Part shown: piece after piece, positions 53,167 to 62,293 of the stretch
How positions within the stretch are numbered: position 1 is the first letter of the stretch
Layout: each line of letters begins with the position of its first letter
Source: Ruminococcus bicirculans (ex Wegman et al. 2014)
GTDB lineage: Bacteria > Bacillota > Clostridia > Christensenellales > DTU072
Assembly (NCBI GenBank): GCA_963642145.1
Contig: CAVIFU010000003.1
Coordinates: 6,433 to 70,432 of the forward strand
Length of the DNA stretch: 64,000 nucleotides
Direction of reading: 5' to 3'
Made by a program: the position numbers and the translations under genes
Notes under the pieces: generated by a model
What the model was told of the DNA's origin: nothing
The model's database searches: none
Seen by the model: the letters and a program-made list of their open reading frames with translations, nothing else

Positions 53167-56100
53167 ATGTCGAACGATAAATTTGCACAAACACCCAACA
53201 AACTTTGCAGAGCGTCAATCGCGTTTACTGCGGTTGTAATACTCGTTGCGGCGGCTATTTGTTTAGCCGCGCTCGTTCCGTTGCCGCGCGCCGTCCCGGC
53301 GGAAGCCGCCATGATCGACGGCGGGTCGGAAGTCAAAAACGGCGAGATAAACGATTACAGTCGAGACGTCGTGGTTACGGGCGCTTCCGTTTCGCTCAAA
53401 GGTTCCGATTCGGTTACCGCGAGCGCCGGTAGGGACGCAACCGCTACCGTGAGCATAACGCGCCAAGCCACGATTACTTTCGGCGACAAAATCAAGAAGG
53501 CTCTTTCTACGGGTAAACTTGCCGTCAAAGTGGTGGTAAGCGGTACGCACGTCGTAACGGTGGACAGCGGCAAGCTCGGCGACGGGTCGGACTCAACTTA
53601 TGAGATATTCGGGGAATTCGTCGGTAGCGGTTCTCTCTCGGAGGCGGCGGCATTTACGGACGCGTCCGAAGAAAGCGAAGGAACGGAGCAGTCGAACGGC
53701 AACATAAACAAGACGTTTACCGACGTCGAACTTGACGTCACGAGCGGCGTGGCGGGGTACGGCAGTTTTTCTTTCACATACACGGTAGAATACGTGGCGA
53801 TAAGTGAGGCGGCGAGCGCCGAGCAAGCCACGGCGAGCATATCGGTCGATTCCACCGTTGCGATAAACGTCAAACTTGAATTTGCAGAGGGCGCGGTTAC
53901 GGTAACGGCGCAAGGCGGCGGTAGCGTATCGACGGGCGACGACGTTCTCATAAGCGACAGCGATACCGAGCGCACCAAGTCTTGCAAAATAGCTTTCAAT
54001 GACCCTCTTGCGTTCAAAGCGGAGGCTTCCGCCGGCTATTACTTTGCGGGATGGCGCCTCTCTTCCCAAGATATTCGCTCCGACAAAACGGCGACTTTCG
54101 GCACGACGGAAGAGCCCATAGAATACGGCTATCAGATTGCCGACGACATATCGGTGACCGCGATATTCCACAAAATAGAACTTGACGGCGCCGGCGAAAG
54201 CTATGTCTATGACGCGCTGGAAACGGGCGTCGGACCGCGCATCAAAGCCTCCCTCGGCAACAGTTACGACGTCGTTGACATATATTCCGGCACGACCAAT
54301 GCCGGCGTTCAAGTAGACGGCGTTACCGGCAAACCGAGGCAAGCCGGCAGTTATACCCACAAAGGTTACATGTATTACAAGGGCACCGCGGAAGAGGACC
54401 GTAGCGACAAAACCCTCGTAGGCTACATAGAAACCGCATACGTGATAGAGCGCAACGTGCCTACCGTCACGCGTGCGGACGGTAACCTCACGGAGATTAC
54501 GATTAACTACGGCGGCACTTTGGGCGACATAGATCTCACGTGCACCGCGACAAACAGCTTAAACGTCGGCGAGAAGGTAAACGGCACCGTGTCCGTTCTC
54601 CTCAACGAAGTCGTTGCGGATAGAACAAAACTTTTGCCTGCCGACGCAAAAGGCGTAGACTACGTCATCAGATTCACGCCCGAAGACGGCTATAACTACG
54701 CCGTTGCGGACATGAAAGTTAAAATTTACGTTCCCGACTACTTCAAACTGAGCGTCATAAACGGCGACGACTCCTTGCGCACGGCGAAGATTATCAAGTC
54801 GGAAACATCGACGGTTGACGCGAGCGTGTCCAACAATAAAGGCGAAACCGCGCTCACGCGCGAGGTCGTCAAAATATCCTTGCGCGCAACGATGACCGAT
54901 GACAGCGGAAGGTACTTTTTCATCGGTTGGCGTATAGGCTTGCCCGATTCGGACTCCACGCACTATACGTATCTCACCGCCGGAGCGGAAAACGGACTTG
55001 CATATGATTACTACATCCCCTCGGTAGGCGACGTCATGGGTACGGACGCCGACGGCAATACCACGTATTACACTCAAGAAGACATAGAAAGGTATACGCG
55101 GGCGGAGTTTGTGGCGGTATTCGTGCGCGACACGACAGCCGGAGATTCGGACGAAATAAGCGTCGCCTATACGGGTGGCAGTCTCACCAAACAAGCGACA
55201 TTCAGCCCGGAGAACGCCGGTTACGGCTTCGCGCCGACGGGCGTGGAATATTACGACGAAAACGACGTTCTTTTGACGAGCGCGCCTTCCGCGATAGGCA
55301 CTTACAAGATTAAGTACTCCGTCAGAAATACCGAACTCGGCGAGGTAGTCGGCAATCGCGAGATAAAATACGTCATCGCCAAGGCGGCGGTCAACGCCAC
55401 AATCAACACCGTAAGGTCCGAGGGCGACGGCAGTTATAACCGCGAGATCGGTTGGGCGAAAAGGATGTATTACACCGTTTCCGTCACTAACGTTTTGTCG
55501 GGCGCGATCTCTAAGTACTACTACAAAACCGGCGACGGCGAATGGACGGAGATAGAGGGCGACATAGCCAAACGAACCGGTTGCGCCATAACTTTCGTCA
55601 GCCCCGAATCGGCAACATCGTACGTGAGCACTTTCGTCTTCAAGGCGGAAGACGCGAACGGTAACGTCGTTGCGGAGACCGTCGGCGACGGCGCCGAGTG
55701 CAAAATAGACGTAAGCACACCGGGAATTAAAGAAGTGCGCGTATCGGATTCGAGCGGCAATACTTATAGCGGCGGTTGGCAAAACACATATGTGAGATAC
55801 GCGCTGGACGTCACTTACGGCGGTAGCGGAGCCGTTATTTCGGTTAAGTACGGCGATACCGGCAGTTGGAAGACGTTGAGTCTAACCGATATAGGCTATT
55901 CTTCCGGCAAAGAAGTAGCTATCGTTTCGCGCACGGTAACATTTGACATCGGCGATGAATTCAACGGCAACGTGTACGTAAAAATCGGCAACGGCGTAGG
56001 CGTCGAAAACGAATCGCGCACGGTGTTTTCCGTAAGCATAGACAAAACTCCCGCCGTTCTCGGCTCAGGCACTCGGAACAAAAACCTGAACGCCAACGGC

Positions 56101-59100
56101 TGGATAGGAGAGGAAACGATAATAAGCTTCGATATAAGCGACGTCGGCGGTTCCGGCATATCGAAAGTAGTATGCGATACCGCAACCGTGGGAGGCGCGG
56201 ACGGCAAATATTACCTGACGGTAAAAAACAGCGCGCAACACAAAGTATACGTCTATGACGGAGCCGGCAATTACAGCGAAAACACATATTATGCACCCGT
56301 CGATACGGACGATTTGACGTACGAAACGGCGGAAGGCTCGTTCGTCGCGGATACGTGGGCAAACACCGCCGTCACCGTCAAATTCAACGCCGAAGCAGGC
56401 GCGAGCGGCGTTCGCATAAATTACAGCACTGACGGCGAAAGTTATTTCCCTTGCAATGAAGGCAATACGTTCGACTACGGCAACGTTACCGGAGCGGAAG
56501 TGCGCACCGTGACGCTTAGCTATACCATAAACGTGCCGGACGGCGAATATCACTACTATTTCCGCATCGAGAACGGCGCCGGCATAGTCAAGTACATAGA
56601 TTACGGCAACGTCAAAATCGATAGCGTGGCGCCCGAATTCTCGGACGTAACCGACCTATCCGTTTATCAGGGCGAACAGTGGATCTCGTCTACAATCAAC
56701 GCCGAATTTCGCGTGGCGGAAACATCGACCGTAAATTCCGGAATTAAGGAAGTTACCTCGGATAACTCAGGCGTGCTTACCCGAGAAGAAAACGGGAAAT
56801 ACGTTCTCAATATAGACAAATGCACTCCTTACACCGTTACCGCTACCGATAACGCGGGCAACGTGAGAACGTACGTGTTCCAAGCCAACGTTGACATCGT
56901 CAGCCCTAAGCTCGAAATTAAGGCTTACGTGGGCGGCGGAAATCCGGAAGACCCGACCGTCGTTCCGTCGGACGATGACAATGACGACAAGTACGCATAC
57001 GACTTCGCGAGCTGGATAAATGCCGCCGCCAAGTCCAATGAGCCGTGGCTCAGAATAGAGTTCACCATTACCCTCACGGCAAGCGGTAGCGCCATAGAAA
57101 TATCCAATGACGGCGGCAGTACGTGGATTGTGCTTACGGAAACTTATCGTCCCCAAGGCGACGAGGTTTCGGGTACCGTTTCCACGAGAACATACATCAC
57201 GCAGGAACAGAACAAGAGCTACAAATTCCGTTTGGCAACGGGTTCCGGCAAGTACGTGGAATTCAATCCGATATCGGACGGAACGGCGTATGTCAGGATA
57301 GACTTTACCGCGCCCACGCTTGCGGACAGCCAATACACTTCCGGCACGGACGGCGACTTCCCGGCGGAGGAACGTTGGACGAGTGAAGACGCAGTTTGGA
57401 AATTCAGACTCAGCGACCGCACCACGGGTTCCGACATCAACGCGGAGACGATAGCACTGTATAAATTCAGCGCAGATATATCCGACGAGAGCATATGGTC
57501 CGATCCTACGTCCGGAGAGAAGCTGACGGTAACCAAATCCGGTCCGTATTACACATATACGTTCACCGACTACAACAAGTATTACCTCACGTTTGCGGAT
57601 AACGCAGGCAACGTGTTTGAGGGCAAGCTGTTTGCGCCCATGGTGGACAAAACGAGAGGGTTTACTCTTGACGTTACCGCCAAAACGATAGGCGCGGACA
57701 ACGTCGAGTCCGAGTACGCGGAGAATGAGTGGCTCGACAAGGAATCCTACGTCAAGTTTACCGCTACGCCGAAATTCGGTAGCGAATACACCGCGTTCGG
57801 CGCAAGCGGCGGTTACTTGGAATTGAGCGTCGATGACGGCGCAACTTGGGCAAGAAGCATTTGGCTCGACGGCAAAGAACTTGTCGTTGACGACGCCGAC
57901 GGCGTATTCACATTTGCCGCCGACGCGGACCAAAATATCACGTATAAGTTCCGTCTGGTTACCGGCGCGGGCATAGAGTCCGTCTATGACGGTAAATTTG
58001 TCGTAAAACGCGACGGGGTAACTCCGGAGATTACGGCTACCGCAAGGACTTCCGCAGGTACCTATGAGGGCGCTTGGACGTCGGAAGACGTAGAAATAGT
58101 CATCACGGCTACCTACGGCATGGCAGGCGGCAAGATACAGGTAAGCAGCGGCGCGGAATGGACGGATTTGTTTGCAATAAGTCCGAATTCGTCCGCAATC
58201 GGCATGCCGTATACTTATGCGAGAGAGGATTCGCAAAATCTAACATACTCGTTCCGCTATGTCGGCGCAAACGGAGCCGAAGCAAGTTCCGAAGCCGTCG
58301 CGATCAAAATAGACAAAACCCCCGTAACCGCAACCGTAAGCGTTGCGGACGGCAATAACGCCGAAGTAGCAAACGGCGGATGGACGTACGATAAGGCGAT
58401 CTTTACCGTTAACGGCGTAACCGGGGAGAGCGGTATAGGCAAAGTATACGTAAGTTACGCGCAGAACGAAGATTATACCGACTACGCCGAAGTTACCGCG
58501 GAGAATGACGTTTACACGGTAACGTTCAAGACGGACGAACAAACCGATTATCGTACGTATAAATTCAAGGTTGTAAGTAACTCCGGCATGAGTAAGGAAA
58601 CTTTACCTTATGCCGTAGGTATAGACAACGCGGAAGCCGAGTTTACGGCGACGTTCAGCGGAGAAAAGGCATCGGGAATAGTTTACTCGGAGTGGTATGT
58701 GAGCGAGATCGAGGTTGGTTTCGACATAAAAGAAACGGCTTCCGGGCACAAATTGTACTACAAATACGAAGATAAATCGGACGGAACTTTCGCGTCTTCA
58801 AGTAGCGACGAATGGACGGAAATAGACCAAGAAACGCTCTACATCGGGCGCAACGCGGACGGCACTTTGGATAACGTGGCAGGCGGTCGCGATAGAAGAT
58901 ACAGTTTCAAGTCCGTCACGGGAGCCGGCAAAGAGTACGTATTCGAAGGCGAAGGCGAAGGTTATTCGTACCTTCCATACGACCTGTATTCCTATTCGGC
59001 AAGCATCGTAAGCTATGTCGGCGATAAAGAGCTTGACATGACCGTCGGCTTTGCGAACACCGTTTCCGGCAGCGCGAGCAACCTTAAACGCGGCGATAGC

Positions 59101-62100
59101 GTCAACTTCACCTATATTTCCAATACCGGATACTATTTGAAAGAACAGGAGATAAGCGGAGTAAACGAAGTCACCGTAGGCGGCAAAACGTATAACGCAG
59201 GGATTGCAGTGACTCGTAAAAAAGCAGACAAAGCGTATGTAAACATACAGACATCCGTTTACGTCGGAGGCAAAGATGTTGTATTGACGGTACGTCTTTA
59301 CAAAGAAATAGCGCCCAAATACACATCCGACACGACAACGCAATATCTGCAAAGCGGAAGTATAGAAGCGCTTAACGTTGTCGTTGACGAGACGATATTC
59401 ATCGATGAGAAAGCGCAAACTTTTGCGGAGTATTTCGGCTCGATAGGCTTTGGAAATAGTTACGACATACCGCTTAACGCTACGTATACCCCAAGCGGAT
59501 CGAGTGAAACGTCTTCCGCCGTTCCGCAAAAAATGGGACAATACAAGGTGGAAATCGATACCGATACGGACTTCATTATTTCCGCGTCCTGCGCGACAGC
59601 CGAACTGAAAGTGTTGTATTTCCAAGGCTCCGGCACGTCGTCAGACCCGTACAAAGTGTACTCCGAGAGCGATTTTGCTTACATCGACGTGTACATGAAT
59701 GACGACGCAAGCTACGACTACATCGGCAGCAACCGCCGTAAGGCATACTTCTTGCAAGCAAACGACATCGTGTACGACAAGAATTTCAAGCCGATGGGCG
59801 GAGAGGGCTCCGTGTTTAGCGGAACGTACGACGGCAACGGATACAAAATCGGACCGTCGACTACCGCCACGCGCGCCGTCGAAGGCGATTTCGGGTTGTT
59901 CCTGAGTATCGAAAACGCGGTGATAAAGAATGTCGGCGTGGAATTTAACGTCAACCACATCGGTTCCGACAATGTCAATATAGGCTTGATTGCCGCAAAC
60001 GCAACAGGTAGCGCCGTAAGGGAGTGCTACGCCATAGGTTCGATAACCGTCAAGGGTAGCGTCGGCAACGTCAAGGAAGTTTGCGTCGGCGGTATCGTGG
60101 GCAAAATGAGCGGTAAAACGTTGGTTTCGAGTTCGTTTGCGGACGTTACCACAAACATAGCCTATGCGCGCGGCTACGTCGGCGGCATTGCGGGCAATAT
60201 GGAAGCGTCTTACACTTCATCCGTGTATGTCGTTTCGGAGATAGCCGTAACTTCTTCGGTTAAGTATTCTCCGGCGGCAGACGGCGTTTTGTATGTCGGC
60301 GCGATCGCGGGCTACGCTTCGAATTTAGACAGTCTTACGTTGCCGTCGGAAGGCAACGAGAGCGTCTACCTCGATATGAATTTATCGTTTGACGGCAGCA
60401 TAGAAAGCGGCGCTTCGCTCGGCAACGGCTCCACACTCGGCGAAAAGGACGCGTTACGCCACAAGGCGTCCGATATAGACGGCTTCGCCTCGGTAAACGG
60501 CGCGTATGCAAGTGAAAAAATTTACAACGTCAAGGACGACGTCGAGACTCGCAGCAAGACCGTCAGAGAGCTCACATACGTGCGCATCGATAGGGTTAAG
60601 GAGTCCGAGAAAGTGGACGGCAACGGTACTTCGGACGACCCGTTCAAAGTGGATTCGAAGGACAAACTCGACCTCATAGGCATATTCCCGTGGGCGCACT
60701 TCGAGCAAACGTGCGATATAGAAGTAGGCGAAACGGAAGGTTACGCCAACGCGGTACCGTTTGTGGGCGTATATGACGGCGGCAACCACGCGCTGAGGGG
60801 AGTTATCATCAACAAAACCATAGACAAGGACGGCGTATCTTACGGCGGATTGTTCGGAGTAGTTGGCGGTACCGTCAGGAATCTCAAAGTCGTAGACGCG
60901 GAATATACGTACAAAGCAAACGGTTCCGTTTACATCGGCGGTTTGGCGGGATATCTTGCCAACGGCGGCAAAATAGAAGACGTTGTCATATCCGGCGTGT
61001 TGAAGACGGACGGAGAGTCCGACGCCATTTTCGTCGGCGGTTTGGTAGGGCGCCAAGTCGGCGCGAAGGTAGTCGGAGCCGTTACGCTCATAGGCGTTGA
61101 AGTAAACGGCGGTAGCGCGACGGTCGGCGGCATCACGGGACATATGTCCGGAGTTTCTTCCGTAAGCGAGTCCGTTACGATGTCAGCCGTGAGCATAGAA
61201 ACCGAGCACCGCACGGACGCCGGCGTCGCGATAGGCGCGATCGTAGGCGCAGGCTCTGAGGTAAGCGTAGGATATTTGGCGGCTTCGTGCTTCATAGGAG
61301 GCAAACTTTTGGTGGCGCCGGTAGGCGTTCCCGGGGAAAATGCGGTTACGTCCGTAGTGTATACTTACGCAAACCTGACCGATGCCTCCGCAGACATACG
61401 CGTCAACGGCAGAGCCGTGAAGGCAATAATAGAAGGGATGTACCCGTTTGCGTCGGGCACCGGTACAGAAAGCGATCCGTTCATAGTGTCGAACTACAAA
61501 GAGTTGCTGCTCGTAGGTAACTACATGTATGCCGCGTTCAAGCTTGATAACGACATCACCGTAGGCGACTATGACGGCGACGGCAAGGTGGATTCCGATT
61601 ACGCATACGACTTTGCCCCCATCGGCGGAGTGGTAGCGTTTACCGGTAGATTCGTGGGTAACGGCAAAACCATTTACGGATTGACGGATTCTCTGTTCTA
61701 TGCAAACGAGGGCAGAATAGATAAGCTCAATCTCGCTATGGATTACAAGCTGTACGCAAGGGAAGAGGATATTCCGGAGTCTGAGAGATTCACTACCGCA
61801 GACGGGCGCACGATATACAGATCCAAGGTCGCCGATCGCGGACAGGACGTACTGCTCGGCGCGGTTGCCAAGATAAACAGAGAAGGCGGATCGATCATCC
61901 GCGTTACCGTTACGGGCGACGTGTCGGTACGCGTCTCGGGGGCTGCGAGGGCTACGGTCGGCGGTATTGTCGGCTTGGACGTAGGCGGCAACATAGTGGG
62001 TTGCACCAATAGTTGCGATACGTTTGTCGTTCGCGCCTCTTACGCGGAGGTGGGCGGTATAGTCGGATCGGTTTCCGGTACCGGCAAAGCGATGTCCGCT

Positions 62101-62283
62101 ATGGGTTCCAATGTCGTCATGACGGAAGTAATAGATGTAGGCGCAGGCACGGCGCACGCGGGTGCGTTCGTGGGCGCGGTCAAGGTTGACTCCGGGTACA
62201 CTCCCGAGTACAACACAGACGCAACGGTTGTGGTGAACGGCGTCGATAACGGCTCCGTTTACGTGGGATATGAAGTCAAGTAG
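53167..62283 (+). CDS. 3,038 aa signal-anchored surface protein with InlB-B/Listeria-Bacteroides-type repeats, Ig-like modules and C-terminal GLUG-motif modules
   Basis: AAGGA RBS at 53155-53159. The N-terminal TM anchor is ASIAFTAVVILVAAAICLAALV. GYYFAGWRL (54031-54060) and GRYFFIGWRI (~54907) are Flg_new-like signatures. The Ig-like and GLUG regions are listed as separate features below. Confidence 0.9.
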   Translation: MSNDKFAQTPNKLCRASIAFTAVVILVAAAICLAALVPLPRAVPAEAAMIDGGSEVKNGEINDYSRDVVVTGASVSLKGSDSVTASAGRDATATVSITRQATITFGDKIKKALSTGKLAVKVVVSGTHVVTVDSGKLGDGSDSTYEIFGEFVGSGSLSEAAAFTDASEESEGTEQSNGNINKTFTDVELDVTSGVAGYGSFSFTYTVEYVAISEAASAEQATASISVDSTVAINVKLEFAEGAVTVTAQGGGSVSTGDDVLISDSDTERTKSCKIAFNDPLAFKAEASAGYYFAGWRLSSQDIRSDKTATFGTTEEPIEYGYQIADDISVTAIFHKIELDGAGESYVYDALETGVGPRIKASLGNSYDVVDIYSGTTNAGVQVDGVTGKPRQAGSYTHKGYMYYKGTAEEDRSDKTLVGYIETAYVIERNVPTVTRADGNLTEITINYGGTLGDIDLTCTATNSLNVGEKVNGTVSVLLNEVVADRTKLLPADAKGVDYVIRFTPEDGYNYAVADMKVKIYVPDYFKLSVINGDDSLRTAKIIKSETSTVDASVSNNKGETALTREVVKISLRATMTDDSGRYFFIGWRIGLPDSDSTHYTYLTAGAENGLAYDYYIPSVGDVMGTDADGNTTYYTQEDIERYTRAEFVAVFVRDTTAGDSDEISVAYTGGSLTKQATFSPENAGYGFAPTGVEYYDENDVLLTSAPSAIGTYKIKYSVRNTELGEVVGNREIKYVIAKAAVNATINTVRSEGDGSYNREIGWAKRMYYTVSVTNVLSGAISKYYYKTGDGEWTEIEGDIAKRTGCAITFVSPESATSYVSTFVFKAEDANGNVVAETVGDGAECKIDVSTPGIKEVRVSDSSGNTYSGGWQNTYVRYALDVTYGGSGAVISVKYGDTGSWKTLSLTDIGYSSGKEVAIVSRTVTFDIGDEFNGNVYVKIGNGVGVENESRTVFSVSIDKTPAVLGSGTRNKNLNANGWIGEETIISFDISDVGGSGISKVVCDTATVGGADGKYYLTVKNSAQHKVYVYDGAGNYSENTYYAPVDTDDLTYETAEGSFVADTWANTAVTVKFNAEAGASGVRINYSTDGESYFPCNEGNTFDYGNVTGAEVRTVTLSYTINVPDGEYHYYFRIENGAGIVKYIDYGNVKIDSVAPEFSDVTDLSVYQGEQWISSTINAEFRVAETSTVNSGIKEVTSDNSGVLTREENGKYVLNIDKCTPYTVTATDNAGNVRTYVFQANVDIVSPKLEIKAYVGGGNPEDPTVVPSDDDNDDKYAYDFASWINAAAKSNEPWLRIEFTITLTASGSAIEISNDGGSTWIVLTETYRPQGDEVSGTVSTRTYITQEQNKSYKFRLATGSGKYVEFNPISDGTAYVRIDFTAPTLADSQYTSGTDGDFPAEERWTSEDAVWKFRLSDRTTGSDINAETIALYKFSADISDESIWSDPTSGEKLTVTKSGPYYTYTFTDYNKYYLTFADNAGNVFEGKLFAPMVDKTRGFTLDVTAKTIGADNVESEYAENEWLDKESYVKFTATPKFGSEYTAFGASGGYLELSVDDGATWARSIWLDGKELVVDDADGVFTFAADADQNITYKFRLVTGAGIESVYDGKFVVKRDGVTPEITATARTSAGTYEGAWTSEDVEIVITATYGMAGGKIQVSSGAEWTDLFAISPNSSAIGMPYTYAREDSQNLTYSFRYVGANGAEASSEAVAIKIDKTPVTATVSVADGNNAEVANGGWTYDKAIFTVNGVTGESGIGKVYVSYAQNEDYTDYAEVTAENDVYTVTFKTDEQTDYRTYKFKVVSNSGMSKETLPYAVGIDNAEAEFTATFSGEKASGIVYSEWYVSEIEVGFDIKETASGHKLYYKYEDKSDGTFASSSSDEWTEIDQETLYIGRNADGTLDNVAGGRDRRYSFKSVTGAGKEYVFEGEGEGYSYLPYDLYSYSASIVSYVGDKELDMTVGFANTVSGSASNLKRGDSVNFTYISNTGYYLKEQEISGVNEVTVGGKTYNAGIAVTRKKADKAYVNIQTSVYVGGKDVVLTVRLYKEIAPKYTSDTTTQYLQSGSIEALNVVVDETIFIDEKAQTFAEYFGSIGFGNSYDIPLNATYTPSGSSETSSAVPQKMGQYKVEIDTDTDFIISASCATAELKVLYFQGSGTSSDPYKVYSESDFAYIDVYMNDDASYDYIGSNRRKAYFLQANDIVYDKNFKPMGGEGSVFSGTYDGNGYKIGPSTTATRAVEGDFGLFLSIENAVIKNVGVEFNVNHIGSDNVNIGLIAANATGSAVRECYAIGSITVKGSVGNVKEVCVGGIVGKMSGKTLVSSSFADVTTNIAYARGYVGGIAGNMEASYTSSVYVVSEIAVTSSVKYSPAADGVLYVGAIAGYASNLDSLTLPSEGNESVYLDMNLSFDGSIESGASLGNGSTLGEKDALRHKASDIDGFASVNGAYASEKIYNVKDDVETRSKTVRELTYVRIDRVKESEKVDGNGTSDDPFKVDSKDKLDLIGIFPWAHFEQTCDIEVGETEGYANAVPFVGVYDGGNHALRGVIINKTIDKDGVSYGGLFGVVGGTVRNLKVVDAEYTYKANGSVYIGGLAGYLANGGKIEDVVISGVLKTDGESDAIFVGGLVGRQVGAKVVGAVTLIGVEVNGGSATVGGITGHMSGVSSVSESVTMSAVSIETEHRTDAGVAIGAIVGAGSEVSVGYLAASCFIGGKLLVAPVGVPGENAVTSVVYTYANLTDASADIRVNGRAVKAIIEGMYPFASGTGTESDPFIVSNYKELLLVGNYMYAAFKLDNDITVGDYDGDGKVDSDYAYDFAPIGGVVAFTGRFVGNGKTIYGLTDSLFYANEGRIDKLNLAMDYKLYAREEDIPESERFTTADGRTIYRSKVADRGQDVLLGAVAKINREGGSIIRVTVTGDVSVRVSGAARATVGGIVGLDVGGNIVGCTNSCDTFVVRASYAEVGGIVGSVSGTGKAMSAMGSNVVMTEVIDVGAGTAHAGAFVGAVKVDSGYTPEYNTDATVVVNGVDNGSVYVGYEVK
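55705..58700 (+). repeat. About 9 tandem Ig-like modules, each opening with a [IV]-D-x-[TV]-x-P motif
   Basis: Module openings are KIDVSTPGI 55705, SIDKTPAVL 56041, KIDSVAPEF 56617, NVDIVSPKL 56887, RIDFTAPTL 57295, MVDKTRGFT 57641, KRDGVTPEI 58006, KIDKTPVTA 58306 and GIDNAEAEF 58621. Confidence 0.65.
59620..62280 (+). repeat. Three tandem GLUG-motif modules
   Basis: Each module opens with G-[ST]-G-[ST]-x-x-D-P-[FY]-x-[VI]: GSGTSSDPYKV (~59625), GNGTSDDPFKV (~60615), GTGTESDPFIV (~61450). Each then has repeated GG[IL][VA]G strands: VGGIVGKM, VGGIAGNM, IGGLAGYL, VGGLVGRQ, VGGITGHM, VGGIVGLD, VGGIVGSV. Confidence 0.7.
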
Positions 62284-62293
62284 AGAGGTAAAT

